Shown here: positions 1 to 12,644 of the stretch, one piece after another
Position numbering within the stretch: the first letter of the stretch is position 1
Layout: each line of letters opens with the position of its first letter
Assembly (NCBI GenBank): GCA_002269645.1
Contig: NIVC01002022.1
Coordinates: 62,001 to 126,000, forward strand
Length of the DNA stretch: 64,000 bases
Source of the DNA: Macrostomum lignano
Taxonomy: Eukaryota
Direction of reading: 5' to 3'
The notes under the pieces: model-generated
Seen by the model: only the letters and a program-made list of their open reading frames with translations
Database searches by the model: none
What the model was told of the DNA's origin: nothing
Program-made: the position numbers and the translations under genes

Positions 1-466
1 GGCTGAGGGCTTTAACGATCGAAGAGTAAGGACAATGCGTAAAATACAGTTTAGTTGCTAACTAAAGAAGGTAGATTTTTAACTCTCTTTACAGAAAATT
101 TGTAAAAGAACAAAATATAAATGCTCAATTGAGCAAAGGTCAAATATATTAATTATTGAAAAAGACTGCAGCAACACAGGACCTAGCATGGCGTGAGAAC
201 GACTGCCTCAGTTTGCTTCCCTCATGAAAGGTGAAATTATGCAAAATGACATGAATAAATGCTTCGTTGCGTGACAAAGAATCGTCGAAAAATATGAAAA
301 AGTAAAAAAAACTCTAAAAAACAGGAAAAGGCATTGCAGAAATACGAAATTTCTGTCGGATATGATAAAAAACACAATAAAATATTTTTGGGCACTTTTA
401 GCGCTTGAGGCTACAATATTCATTGAATTTAACGTATTTTAATGAGACTTCATGAACTGTCTGCAC

Positions 467-1060
467 TGGGGTTCAGTGAGGTGTCAATCAAGGGCTGTCT
501 GCACTGGGATTCTGTGAGGTGTCAATCAAGGGCTGTCTGCACTGGGATTCTGTGAGGTGTCAATCAAGGACTCTCTGCACTGGGGTTCAGTGGTGTCTGC
601 ACTGGGGTTTCAGTGAGGTGTCTGCACTGGGGTTTCAGTGAGGTGTCTGCACTGGGGTTCAGTGAGGTGTCTGCACTGGGGTTCAGTGAGGTGTCTGCAC
701 TGGGGTTTCAGTGAGGTGTCTGCACTGGGGTTCAGTGAGGTGTCTGCACTGGGGTTCAGTGAGGTGTCTGCACTGGGGTTTCAGTGAGGTGTCTGCACTG
801 GGGGTTCAGTGAGGTGTCTGCACTGGGGTTCAGTGGTGTCTGCATTGGGGTTCAGTGGTGTCTGCATTGGGGTTCAGTGGTGTCTGCATTGGGGTTCAGT
901 GGTGTCTGCACTGGGGTTTCAGTGAGGTGTCTGCACTGGGGTTTCAGTGAGGTATCTGCACTGGGTTCAGTGAGGTGTCTGCACTGGGGTTCAGTGGTGT
1001 CTGCATTGGGGTTCAGTGGTGTCTGCATTAGGGTTCTGAAGGTGTTCTGAGGGTTCTGAG
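467..1060. repeat. Minisatellite, about 24-25-bp unit GTGTCTGCACTGGGGTTCAGTGAG
   Basis: Direct tandem repeats. Each unit contains the palindrome CACTG-GGGTT-CAGTG. Confidence 0.95.
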
Positions 1061-1739
1061 GTGTCTGAATTGGCTTTTTGGTAATTTCTGAATTTAGGCT
1101 TAAAAGTGTATGAATGACTCTGCATTTCGTATCGAGAGCCAGGAAAACTGTAGGACAAATAAATATACAATCTCTTAATCAGCTTTCCAATCCGATCCAT
1201 TGTTAATAGACAAATTTATTGACGTCATGGCAAATCCCCTATTAACCAGTCACAAACAACAAAAGTTAGTAAGCATTAAAATATGAAAACTATAACGGAG
1301 GCAGCTCTTGCCTAGACTAAGCTACAAAAGACTTATTGAATTTGTTGGAAATAAATAATTGTTTTTGGCTTCGACGACCCTAAAACAATGTAAGATGTTA
1401 AAATCAGTATTGAAGTGCATCAGGCTGCTGAATTATATACATAAAATGTGAAAAAAAGCTTGTAAAAGAACAATATAGCTAGTCGAGTGCATATAGAGTC
1501 ACGCATCGCATATGATTTGTTAACAATGACAGACTAGTAGTCAGTGGAAAAGCAAGGCATGCATAATTATAGGTATTACACCTGCTGATCCAAATACACC
1601 GTTGAGTGTTTTCCTATTCCGAAAATGCCTGCAGGTGATTAAAGAGCTCAACAGCTGTACACTTTCTAGAGTCGAACACGAAGCATCTTATTGCTGTGTA
1701 AATACGAGTCCACTTAGATCCCTACTTTTTGATCCCTAT

Positions 1740-2005
1740 TCACTCACTATGATCCTTACTCTGTCACTATGAGCCCTACTCACTCAATATGATCCCTATT
1801 CACTCACTATGATCCCCTACTCACTCACTATGATCCCCTACTCACTCACTATGATCCCCTACTCACTCACTATGATCCCCTACTCACTCACTATGATCCC
1901 CTACTCACTCACTATGATCCCCTACTCACTCACTATGATCCCTACTCACTCACTATGATCCCTACTCACTCACTATGATCCCCTACTCACTCACTATGAT
2001 CCCTT
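1740..2005. repeat. Minisatellite, 21-bp unit CTATGATCCCCTACTCACTCA
   Basis: Tandem array ending about 35 bp from the oxidoreductase stop codon. Confidence 0.95.
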
Positions 2006-2042
2006 AAACCTTACTATGATCCCCAGATTAACCAGGATCCCA

Positions 2043-4752
2043 TCACTCTCCATCCCCAGTCCCGTCCTTGGCGCCATCGGCAGTGCCCAGCCTTGGCCGA
2101 AACGGTTCAGCGTCCATAAACGAACAGGCTCCATCCAACAGCAGGTCGGCCAGCATGAGGCCAGTGGCCGGGCCGTTCAATATGCCCCAGCAGCTGTGCC
2201 CGGCGCCTACGAATCCGTTAGCCAGGCCATGCAGTTGGCCAATCATAGGCAGTCCAGTGCGCGACACGGGCAGGTAGCAGGCCTGCCCGGCAACCACAGA
2301 ATCAGCCGACAGTCGATCTGACACAGACTCGGCAAATTTTGCTAGCCGACGCAGCTTGTTAGAGTCGGCAACTACGTCGGCAGTTGACGCTGGCAGCGGG
2401 GCATCGTCTGCCAGGCCGCAGATGTAGATGGTGCCGTCTGGCCTGGGATAGAGCTCGGGCGACTCTCCGCCCTCCTGCTCGGTGTACAGAGCGTGCGGAC
2501 TGAGCTGTCCGGCCGGGGCAGACAGTACAACCGAATGGGCCCGATGCCCGAACACGGCGTCGGAGCCTCCGGCAAGATTTAGCCAATCGCCCAGAGCTGT
2601 GGAAGTCCACGGGCCCATGGCGAATACGATTTTAGCTGAGCGGCAGTCTATTGTAGTTGTAGAAGCAGCAGTGTCGGTTTTATCGGTTGATGACGAAGCA
2701 GTTGTCGCAGTTGAAACGGCTGCATCGGCGACGTCATCCAATGTCAGGCTGACAATGCGACCTTCTGCTACCTGAGCACCGATGACTCGGGCGCGGCGGA
2801 CCTGGCTGCCGGCCAGAGCGGCGGCTCGGGCGACCAGGCCGGTGGTCAGTTTGTACGGGTGCACCTGGTTGGGATGGGGGAGAGCGTAGAGTAAGATGTA
2901 GAGTAAATGGAAGGGTGAGATGTAGAGTGGATAGTAGGGTGAGATGCAAAGTGTGTACAGTAGAGTGAGATGTAGAGAGTGGAATAGTAGTGTGAGATGT
3001 AGAGAGTGGATAGTAGAGAGTGGATAGTAGGGTGAGATGTAGAGTGGATAATAGCGTGAGATGTAGGGTGGATAGTAGGGTGAGATGTAGAGAGTGGATA
3101 GTAGTGAGATCTAGGGTGGATAATAGCGTGAGATGTAGGGTGGATAGTAGGGTGGATAGTAGGGTGAGATGTAGAGTGGATAATAGCGTGAGATGTAGGG
3201 TGGATAGTAGGGTGAGATGTAGAGAGTGGATAGTAGTGAGATGTAGAGTGGATAATAGCGTGAGATGTAGGGTGGATAGTAGGGTGAGATGTAGAGAGTG
3301 GATAGTAGTGAAATTTAGGGTGGATAATAGCGTGAGATGTAGGGTGGATAGTAGGGTGAGATGTAGAGAGTGGATAGTAGTGAAATTTAGGGTGGATAAT
3401 AGCGTGAGATGTAGGGTGGATAGTAGGGTGAGATGTAGAGAGTGGATAGAGGGTGAGATGTAGGCAGCAATACAGTCTACAAGCTTGCAGACATTTGAGC
3501 AGTGCTCACTAAAAAAGGAACTCAGAGAGAAGTTTCTTTCCCAACAGGCAGGGATGAACATGTACAGAGCGGACAGTGTTCGAATAATCTATGCAGAGGA
3601 TTAGACCAGAAAGCAGGAGCGCAGCAAAGCTGATTGATTTTTATCCTCTTACAATCCGGAAAAATCCCCCAACCCTAGCTCTCGAAGTCCTTCCCCGTGC
3701 TGCCATCCCATCTCCCTGCCCTAGCCGCATTTCCCTACTCGAAACTTCGAGCAGAATCGATGGGGCGGCACAGACTATCGAAGATACATCAACGGAGGAA
3801 AAAAATTGGATGGGAGCTTAGACTGCTGGCCTAGACTCAAAGGAATTAGGTCGATGTGAGGGGATGGACGGCTTAAGCAAGCGATGTGTTGGTTTAGCAA
3901 CTTTTTTATTAGCTGCTCAGATCGGCCAGACAGTTGGCTGCAAAAACAACTGAAATTTCTCTCTAAGGATGGAATCCGCAAGCTGCCTGCACCGAATTTT
4001 AACATGCTTTGCTTTAAAGAAATTCACACAGACTGAAGTAGGCTAAGACCGCATCAATTAGACAAATTAGTTGAAAGTTATTTACTTCCTGAAATTTTTA
4101 ACCATATGCAAATACGTAGACCAGATTGTTCATTAAATAGTTTCAGAGACAGACCACAGGCAGATAAGACACAAAGACCAGACACAAATCAAGACACAAA
4201 GACCAGAGACAAATCAAGACACAAAGATGAAGACACAAAGACCAGAGACAAATCAAGACACAAAGACCAGGGACAAATCAAGACACAAAGACCACACAGA
4301 TGGAGCCAAAAGCTAGAAAAGTGCCGCACCTGGGCGGTATTGTTGGGATCTCCCAGCCTGCAGGCCCTAGTAACCTCGGCCGTGACCCAGTCCGGACAGC
4401 CGGTAATGGGTCGGCCGCATCGAGGCTGCCCGCCAACCCGCAGCCGCAGCGACAGAGTGTCCAAGCGTCGATAATCCAATGACTGGCCAAGTTCGCTTTC
4501 CAATTCCGAGTGCAAGCGGAAGCTCTCCCAGGCCAGCTGGGCAAGGGGCCCGCCGGCTCCGCCGCCGCACCAGTCCCGAGCCAGAAACCCGCCAGCCTTG
4601 CCGCTGGCGCCGCTAGCAACTCCGACGCTCTCCAGCAGTAGGCTCCGTACGCCTCGCTTAGCCAGATAATAGGCCGTCGATGAGCCGATTATTCCACCGC
4701 CGACAATGATCACTGGCGGCGTGTCGTTGCCGCTGTCGCCACTATCAGCCAT
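2043..4752 (-). CDS. FAD-dependent oxidoreductase, DAO family (yeast TDA3/BTN3-like), 2 exons, about 414 aa
   Basis: Exon 1 4330..4752 (141 codons) has the Rossmann motif IIVGGGIIG and GASGKAGGFLA. CAG|GTGCGG donor. Exon 2 2043..2864 follows an accag acceptor, and the join gives TAQ|VHP. The C-terminal QACYLP and GAGHSCWGILNGPATG motifs are typical of the DAO fold. Family assignment is from remembered motifs. Confidence 0.9.
2880..3462. repeat. Intronic minisatellite, variable unit of about 25 bp (GTGAGATGTAGAGTGGATAGTAGG-like)
   Basis: Tandem variants adjacent to the exon 2 acceptor of the oxidoreductase gene. Confidence 0.92.
4149..4300. repeat. Short array of the 25-bp GACACAAAGACCACAGACAGATCAA family (intron 1)
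   Basis: Degenerate copies of the same unit as 4953..5730. Confidence 0.85.
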
Positions 4753-4762
4753 GGCTAAACAG

Positions 4763-4782
4763 CTGGAATGATTGACAAGTGT
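4763..4782 (-). promoter_or_regulatory. 3' splice acceptor 10 nt upstream of the oxidoreductase ATG (candidate trans-splice site)
   Basis: CTTGTCAATCATTCCAG|CTGTTTAGCC ATG. Confidence 0.45.
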
Positions 4783-4952
4783 TCATATTATTATAGTTTG
4801 CTAATTCTAATTAAGCTATTATCATATGTACTACTAGCACTATATGTAACAGTAAAAGAAGTGAGACTGCAGAACACCTGTTAACAATATTATGATAAAA
4901 GATTCAATTGGCAGCCAAATAATTGTATTTATTATTATACCTTTATTAAGTT

Positions 4953-5730
4953 CAGACAGACACAAAGACCACAGACAGGTCAAGACACAAAGACCAGACA
5001 GGTCAAGACACAAGGACCAAAAGACCACAGACAGATCAAGACACAAAGACCACAGACAGATCAAGACACAAAGACCACAGACAGATCAAGACACAAAGAC
5101 CACAGACAGATCAAGACACAAAGACCACAGACAGATCAAGACACAAAGACCACAGACAGATCAAGACACAAAGACCACAGACAGATCAAGACACAAAGAC
5201 CACAGACAGATCAAGACACAAAGACCACAGACAGATCAAGACACAAAGACCACAGACAGATCAAGACACAAAGACCACAGACAGATCAAGACACAAAGAC
5301 CACAGACAGATCAAGACACAAAGACCACAGACAGATCAAGACACAAAGACCACAGACAGATCAAGACACAAAGACCACAGACAGATCAAGACACAAAGAC
5401 CACAGACAGATCAAGACACAAAGACCACAGACAGATCAAGACACAAAGACCACAGACAGATCAAGACACAAAGACCACAGACAGATCAAGACACAAAGAC
5501 CACAGACAGATCAAGACACAAAGACCACAGACAGATCAAGACACAAAGACCACAGACAGATCAAGACACAAAGACCACAGACAGATCAAGACACAAAGAC
5601 CAGAGGCAGGTCAAGACACAAAGACCAGAGGCAGGTCAAGACACAAAGACCAGAGGCAGGTCAAGACACAAAGACCAGAGGCAGGTCAAGACACAAAGAC
5701 CATAGACATAGGTCAAGACACAAAGACCAA
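4953..5730. repeat. Minisatellite, 25-bp unit GACACAAAGACCACAGACAGATCAA
   Basis: About 30 copies, near-perfect in the centre, lying between the PSMB4 stop and the oxidoreductase start. Confidence 0.97.
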
Positions 5731-5926
5731 CTCTGATAATATTATTAAAACAAGTTAGTTAGCCACATAGCAAAAACTGAATAATTAGATAGAAACCCTG
5801 TGTTGCTTTAATAAAGAAACATACAGACTGGGATTCAGCTTATATACTCCTACTCAAAAGCTAGTATTGTTGTCAGTTAATAACGGGTTTATGTTCCAAC
5901 AGTGAAGCAGGGTTATTATAAGCCAA

Positions 5927-8900
5927 TCACTCGGTATAGTGCTTGACCAGCTTGGCCACCGACCAGTCGCTCTGCAGGAAATGCGGACCGGACACCTGAG
6001 CCGGCTTAGCAACTGGCACATTAGCCAATTGGTACTGGTTGTAGGCCCGGCAGTCTCGGTAATACAGCACCCGAAGGCAAGCTTCTAAAGCGCTAGTGGC
6101 GGTCTCCTCAGTCAGGCCGGCGTAACCGCCAGCGGCATCCAAGGCTTCGCGGAGCAGCCCGAGGCACAGGTGGCTGCCGAATCCGGTTGCTAAGCAGTCT
6201 TCTTTAAACGCTACGCCTAGCATGTTCACGTAGCCTAGAAAAGGCTGCCCAGCCTCTGTCCCGGCCACTATATAAGTGTTCCACAGCGGGTTGATCCTGC
6301 TTCGCCGATTGTACATCACCCGGGTTAGCCAGCTGTGCAGCGAGGCGGGCGAATAAGCGATGCCGTGCTCGTGAATCTCTGCGCGGAACAGGGGGGGGCT
6401 TACTAAGATTGAGTAGGTATGGGATTGGATGCTGTCCGCTCTACAAACTGTATATGCTGATTGTAGCCACTTAGCAAATATATAAGAGCTTGTCTCAGCT
6501 TCCCTGCATCCACCGGCGCCTTAAAGTCCCTACCTCCTCTGCATATCCCAACTTCCGATGCATCCGCCTCCAGTCCCTGCCTCCGCTGCATCAGCCCCCA
6601 GTCCCTGCCCCCTCTGCATCCGCCCCCAGTCCCTGCCTCCTCACATTTCCAGTTCCTACATCCGCGCTCTCTTTCTCATATTTCATGCTTTCGCTCCCTC
6701 CCTCAATTTCACCGGCCCTAAGTGACTCTCAGACATACGATGGCCTCTTCTTTGCCATCTTGTTCCATTGCTCTGCCGCGTTCCTTGCAAGAGGATTAGA
6801 GAATGGATTTATAGAATAATGCGTGGGCTAGTAAATTGCCACGCGCAGTGATGCTAAAGTTACTTAGCCTCCGCTTCTCGAGGATAATGAACCAGACCAA
6901 AGCCAGATAGCAAGAGAATCAGCTAAGTGCAAGAGTTCAGAATCTTACCAAATTAGCTGACGAGAGAGAATTCGCTAATCTCATCTGTCGTCTCTAGGGA
7001 ATTTTAGGATTGAATGCCGGGCAGATGATAGGGTCCGGAGAGATTTCCCAAATGGGAATTCTATAAAGCTTAATGGTAGTAGCACATTAGCACATTTTTG
7101 CCGCTTAGTAGAGTGGGCAGCAATGAAATCGTAGGGTTCAAGTAGGTCAGCCGACCACCCCCCCCCCGTAGCAGGCCTAGGCGAGTATTGCTTCAGCCAC
7201 TTTCGAGTATTGAGTGCCGAGCACTCTAACCCAGGAGTGACCGAGTGCCGAGCACTCTAACCCAGGAGTGACCGAGTGCCGAGCACTCTAACCTAGGAGT
7301 GACCGAGTGCCGAGCATTCTAACCTAGGAGTGACCGACTGCCGAGCAGTCTAACCCAGGTGTGACCGAGTACCGAGCACTCTAACCCAGGAGTGACCGAG
7401 TGCCGAGCACTCTAACCCAGGAGTGACCGAGTGTCGAGCACTCTAACCCAGGAGTGACCGAGTGCCGAGCACTCTAACCTAGGAGTGACCGAGTGCCGAG
7501 CACTCTAACCTAGGAGTGACCGAGTGCCGAGCACTCTGACCTAGGAGTGACCGAGTGCCGAGCACTCTAACCTAGGAGTGACCGAGTGCCGAGCAGTCTA
7601 ACCCATGAGTGACCGAGTGCCGAGTACTCTAACCCAGGAGAATAATTGTTGATTATAGTTGCTTGTTAAATACGATCGTCATAACTTGATTATAAACGAG
7701 TACCACTGACCTCGTCTGTCATCACACGACTCCCCGATGCACCCTAGATGAAACAGAAAAGTTTGAATACGCTACGCTTACAGAAACTTCTGCAGCTTCA
7801 GAGTTCAGGCTGGCTGAATTGTACTTTTTTCAATTCTCGCTCAATGCTTAAATGCTTGCTCAGGGTAAGAGGGGGCATGCAGATGATTTTACGGGCTTGG
7901 GTAATTTCCGTCTGTGCTTGCTTCAGTACATAGCAGCGAGAAGGCTTGCGGGCAGATCACATGAGAATGATTATAAATGGCAGAGCATCATTCCTGCTCT
8001 AGCTTCATCAGCTCTACTATATCTCTTCCCTCGTTCATTCGAAGCTAGCCTCTTTAGCTCAGATGCCTGAAGTCCGCACTGCCGAGTCGCGTCTCTTAGC
8101 AACAAAAATAATTGCTATTTTAAGGGATCAATCCAAAGCCTTTTTTGACTCTTTAGCCAGAGCCTATAGCACATACGTATAAATAAAGGACTCTTTAACA
8201 ATCGGAAACTGTCAAAAAAGTAACGCAACACCTGAGCTATTTTTAGTGTCAAGCTTGCGTCATCAACCGCATAGCAGAGCTTCTCTGTCTTTCCCGGGGT
8301 TTTCACGCATAGACTCCTGTACTAATAAAGCAGGGGACTGTAGAGGGGGAAGAGAGGACTGAAGAAGGTGAAAGGGGACTGCACAGGGAAGAGGGGACTC
8401 CAGCGGGGAAGAGGGGACTGCAGATAGGGAGAGGGGACTGCAGAAGGTGAGAGGGGACTGCAGAGGGCAAGAGGGGACTGTAGATAAGGAGAGGGGACTG
8501 CAGATAGGGAGAGGGGACTGCAGAGGGGAAGAGGGGACTGTAGATAAGGAGAGGGGACTGCAGCTGGTGGGAGGGGACTGCAGAGGGCAAGAGGGGGCTG
8601 TAGATAAGGAGAGGGGACTGCAGCTGGTGGGAGGGGACTGCAGAGGGCAAGAGGGGGCTGTAGATAAGGAGAGGGGACTGCAGCTGGTGGGAGGGGACTG
8701 CAGCTGGTGGGAGGGGACTGCAGAGGGCAAGAGGGGGCTGTAGATAAGGAGAGGGGACTGCAGCTGGTGGGAGGGGACTGCAGAGGGGAAGAGGGGACTG
8801 TAGATAAGGGGAGGGGACTGCAGAGGGGAAGAGAGGAAGCGTCTGACATCAATCTGGGATTCGTGCATGAAAATAAGCTAAGGGTTCATCGGTGCCATTC

Positions 8901-10726
8901 TCGCCAATGAGAGCCATCCCCCAAGACGCAGAGACTGTACATGTCTGACAGTTAGAAAGTCAGGGCTGCTGTACACACGTGTGAGCTTGCGTAGGTATCC
9001 GTGTGTATGCTCAAAGGTCAGCGGAATGCGGGGAAACAGTCGCTAAAGTGCTCAATGCAGCTTCCTTCCTGCAATCTATAAACTAATTAACTAATAGAGG
9101 GATGATGGCAACTTGACCCACTCGCTCACTCGACTAATTAGCAAACTAGCATAAAAATATCAAAGCAAAAAATCAATGCACTGCTTTCCCTGGATGGATG
9201 CATTAAACAACACTGTTTACAAAAGAAGATAAAAGCAGCTGACTGCATAGAGAGAATCATTGTAAGAAAAACAAGATAATAAAAGTTGTATAGATGGCTA
9301 GTCTGTCTCATTTAGCCGAGAAAAGGATGAAAGCAAGAATTAGTCTTTGTTGATGCGAGAATATTTGTGGGCTACTGATAATTGATGATGAGGTCGGAGA
9401 CTGAACACGGTTAGCCGAAAAAAAGTTGTGACATTGGTACGCCTTTCGATGCGCGCAAGGCTTTGAAATATGACCTCGCGGCAAGCCGTACGGTGACAGG
9501 GTAATTATAGATAGTAAATGATTTACTACTCAATACTATATAGGCTATAGCGCGTACTACAGTGTTTTGCTACCTGCATAAGGCAGCTCGAAGATTTAAT
9601 GAGCTACTTTCTAGCCTAGTATCAATTAGGTAGACTCTACTCCCTACTCTACTATCAATCAGGTAGACTCTACTCCCTACTCTACTATCAATCAGGTAGA
9701 CTCTACTCCCTACTCTACTATCAATCAGGTAGACTCTACTCCCTACTCTACTACCAATAAGGTAGACTCTACTCCCTACTCTACTATCAAACAGGTAGAC
9801 TCTACTCTCTACTCTACTATCAAACAGGTAGACTCTACTCCCTACTCTACTATCAATCAGGTAGACTCTACTCCTTACTCTACTATCAATCAGGTAGACT
9901 CTACTCCCTACTCTACTATCAATCAGGTAGACTCTACTCCCTACTCTACTATCAATCAGGTAGACTCTACTCCCTACTCTACTATCAATCAGGTAGACTC
10001 TACTCCCTACTTTACTATCAATCAGGTAGACTCTACTCCCTACTCTACTATCAATCAGGTAGACTCTACTCCCTACTCTACTATCAAACAGGTAGACTTT
10101 ACTCCCTACTCTACTATCAAACAGGTAGACTCTACTCCCTACTCTACTATCAAACAGGTAGACTCTACTCCCTACTCTACTATCAATCAGGTAGACTCTA
10201 CTCCCTACTCTACTATCAATCAGGTAGACTCTTACTCCCTACTCTACTATCAATCAGGTAGACTCTACTCCCTACTCTACTATCAATCAGGTAGACTCTA
10301 CTCCCTACTCTACTATCAATCAGGTAGACTTTACTCCTTCATCGCACAAAGGTCAGTCACGACTCCCTACCAAATAGAGCGCAGAAGACAGGAAGGCCCA
10401 AGCCACTCACCCTCATCAATAGCGTGATTCTCCACCACAGTATTGAGAAACTGCATATCTGCCAGGTCGCCGCTAGCCGCAGCCACAGTGGCATCGTTGA
10501 CCCGCAGCACGCGAGGAATGGAACGAAACTTAGCCAGCGATCCGTAGGAGCCTAGCGTGTCGGCAACCATGATCACGCCAGCATTATATTTGATAGCTAG
10601 CACGCTAGCACCAGTAGTTATCGGTTGCAAAGTACGCTGCCGACCCGGATTCGAGTCCCAGCTAGTTTCCATGGCAACTCCTGCGTTACCGTTGTTGGCC
10701 GGTTTAGTATAGAAACTAGCGGACAT
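5927..10726 (-). CDS. PSMB4: Proteasome subunit beta type-4 (beta7), 2 exons, about 255 aa
   Basis: Exon 1 10411..10726 encodes TLQPITTGASVLAIKY..ADTLGSYGSLAKF..SGDLADMQ and ends G|GTGAGT (phase 1). Exon 2 5927..6378 follows a cgcag acceptor and gives [54 protein letters not shown], all PSMB4 signature segments. Confidence 0.96.
7210..7640. repeat. Minisatellite, 31-bp unit GAGTGACCGAGTGCCGAGCACTCTAACCCAG
   Basis: Tandem array in the PSMB4 intron. The unit contains the palindrome GAGTGC-CGA-GCACTC. Confidence 0.95.
8330..8830. repeat. G-rich minisatellite built on GAGGGGACTG(C/T)AG
   Basis: Alternating sub-units with a higher-order period of about 60 bp, in the PSMB4 intron. Confidence 0.92.
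9630..10340. repeat. Minisatellite, 33-bp unit CTCTACTATCAATCAGGTAGACTCTACTCCCTA
   Basis: About 21 near-identical copies, ending about 70 bp from the PSMB4 exon 1 donor. Confidence 0.97.
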
Positions 10727-10738
10727 GGCGCTGCTAAA

Positions 10739-10760
10739 CTGTAAAGGGAATAAAAAATGG
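10739..10760 (-). promoter_or_regulatory. Strong 3' splice acceptor 12 nt upstream of the PSMB4 ATG (candidate SL trans-splice site or 5'UTR intron end)
   Basis: TTTTTTATTCCCTTTACAG|TTTAGCAGCGCC ATG. Confidence 0.6.
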
Positions 10761-11394
10761 GAATATATATATAGCTTCCTGAAAGCTTTGCCCTAATAAA
10801 CTGACTTAGCTGGCTTCATATCTCCTTCCTAGTTGTAAATAACCCGATTTCCTGAGAGCTACTTTCAAGACTGATTGGGGAATTTTATTAGCACTAAAAT
10901 TGACTATGAGAGGGAAAGAGAGAGAACTAAATACACTGCTGAGTGTAGATAGAACGATACTTGGGCTTATGCCTATACATATATATGCACTGGGTTATAC
11001 AGATTTCGACTAAACAAGTTTTAGCCAATAGTAGGCAGTGGCTTTAAAAACTGATGATTGGGCAAGTCAGAGAGAGTGGCCCAGGGAGATCTAAAACCCT
11101 TAGAAGTTTGGGGTATGCTAGGCTACAGCTACTAGAATAACCAACTACTCGTAGTTGTCACTCGCAAAAAATGCGCTTATCTACTTTTTTCGGTAGCAAA
11201 ATTTGTGATAGAGCTTGTGGCTTTCTGCAAGCGAACCCATTAAATAAGCATCTTAATCCTGTTTAGCTGACTCCAGACTGCCTCAGACTTTAAAAATTGA
11301 AATATTTTAAAAATCTATAAATTAAGGAGAAAATGGGGGACACCCCAGCCCTAAGCCAGGCCAATAAACAGTTTGGCATTCCTCCCTATTTGTG

Positions 11395-11690
11395 TCTGAC
11401 TTTGACCTCTCTCCTTACTGCTCTCTCATTGGCTGAGCTAGATTGGGCCTGCCCCCCTAGGCTGAGTTTCGACCGTCTGACTATGACCTCTCTCCTTACT
11501 GCTCTCTCATTGGCTGAGCTAGATTGGGCCTGCCCCCCTAGGCTGAGTTTCGACCGTCTGACTATGACCTCTCTCCTTACTGCTCTCTCATTGGCTGAGC
11601 TAGATTGGGCCTGTCCCCCCTAGGCTGAGTTTCGACCGTCTGACTTTGACCTCCTCTCCTTACTGCTCTCTCATTGGCTGAGCTAGACTG
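11395..11690. repeat. Tandem repeat, 81-bp unit, about 3.5 copies
   Basis: TCTGAC recurs at 11395, 11476 and 11557. Confidence 0.92.
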
Positions 11691-12388
11691 GGTAAGTCTC
11701 CCCCGAACCACACCAAGCTGAGTTAGTTTTGTCCGTCTTGCGTTCACTTGTGTACATCGAGTTAAAAGCTTGCTGCTCATTCTTTATATGCTGTTTTGAG
11801 GGCAGAAACCCTGAGGAAGGAAAGAAAATCTTAGCTGCCTATTCATGCAGAAGTCGGCGTATAGGTTTACAATTTACACAACAGATAAACGAATCTCTGT
11901 GTCGTATTATTTGACATAAAAAAGCAAACATCATAGCCTGTTCTATTTATTTTGTAACATTGTGAACTTCAAAGTATCTAATTTAGCCAACGAATAAGAA
12001 GGCTGGGCAGAGATCTCGTCAAAGGAAACAGTTGAAAATTGAAGCAGACCAGTTGCTATATAAGGTTAAGCTGGATAGGAAATGCCTGCATCCAAGGAAG
12101 CCAGGCGTATAGCAGGCAAGATGAATAAGTAAATTGAGCCAAGAAGCGGAGAGATGGAGAAGAGGGAGAAAAAAGTTAAGAGCGGCGGAGAGGGAGCAGC
12201 TGCACGGAAAGAGGGAACATATTTCTCTGCTGCTTCTGTTTGCCATGAGAGTGCTCAGAGCAGACCATGAGTTCAGGTCGTGGGAATTCTACATAATGAA
12301 GACGGGAGATGAAAAGCAATCCCTGGGCACTGCTTCCGTTCATGCAAAGCTTTATTCGGCCAAATTATTCTCATTTCTTTAAGCTTAA

Positions 12389-12644
12389 AGGATTTGATAC
12401 TAAGACTAGGCCTAGGTCAGGGGACAGGTTGGCCTTCTATCCATACTGTGTTAGAAGTTTTCGCTTGTGAAAAACCCTGCTTTTTGTAAAAAACGCCCCA
12501 GTAGAATACTGGGTCGCTAAAACAAGGTCGAACTTTCCATAATCAAAATTTGTTTTAGTCGTGAGCTAGATGAAGCAGCTAAAAACACTTTCGACAATGT
12601 GCAATTTCGAGCTCATCAAGTTACGAGCTTTTGACATACCCCCT
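12389..12644. mobile_element. Possible second TTAA-flanked (Kolobok-like) non-autonomous element
   Basis: TTAA|AGGATTTGATAC ... GACATACCCCCT|TTAA. The TIR match is only partial. Confidence 0.35.

Noticed and set aside
2734-5758. Long ORFs 2734..3561, 3020..3463 and 4892..5758
   Set aside because: Stop-free translations of minisatellites lying in an intron or spacer.
6600-8300. Nested gene or TE ORF in the PSMB4 intron (including an HMG-like AEQWNKM word)
   Set aside because: The frames are interrupted by stops, no domain is recognisable, and no consistent splice sites were found.
8263-8910. Pro/Ser-rich ORFs
   Set aside because: Translations of the G-rich intronic array.
12000-12382. Coding-like purine-rich ORF 12134..12382
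   Set aside because: No recognisable domain and upstream stops; at most a decayed TE fragment.
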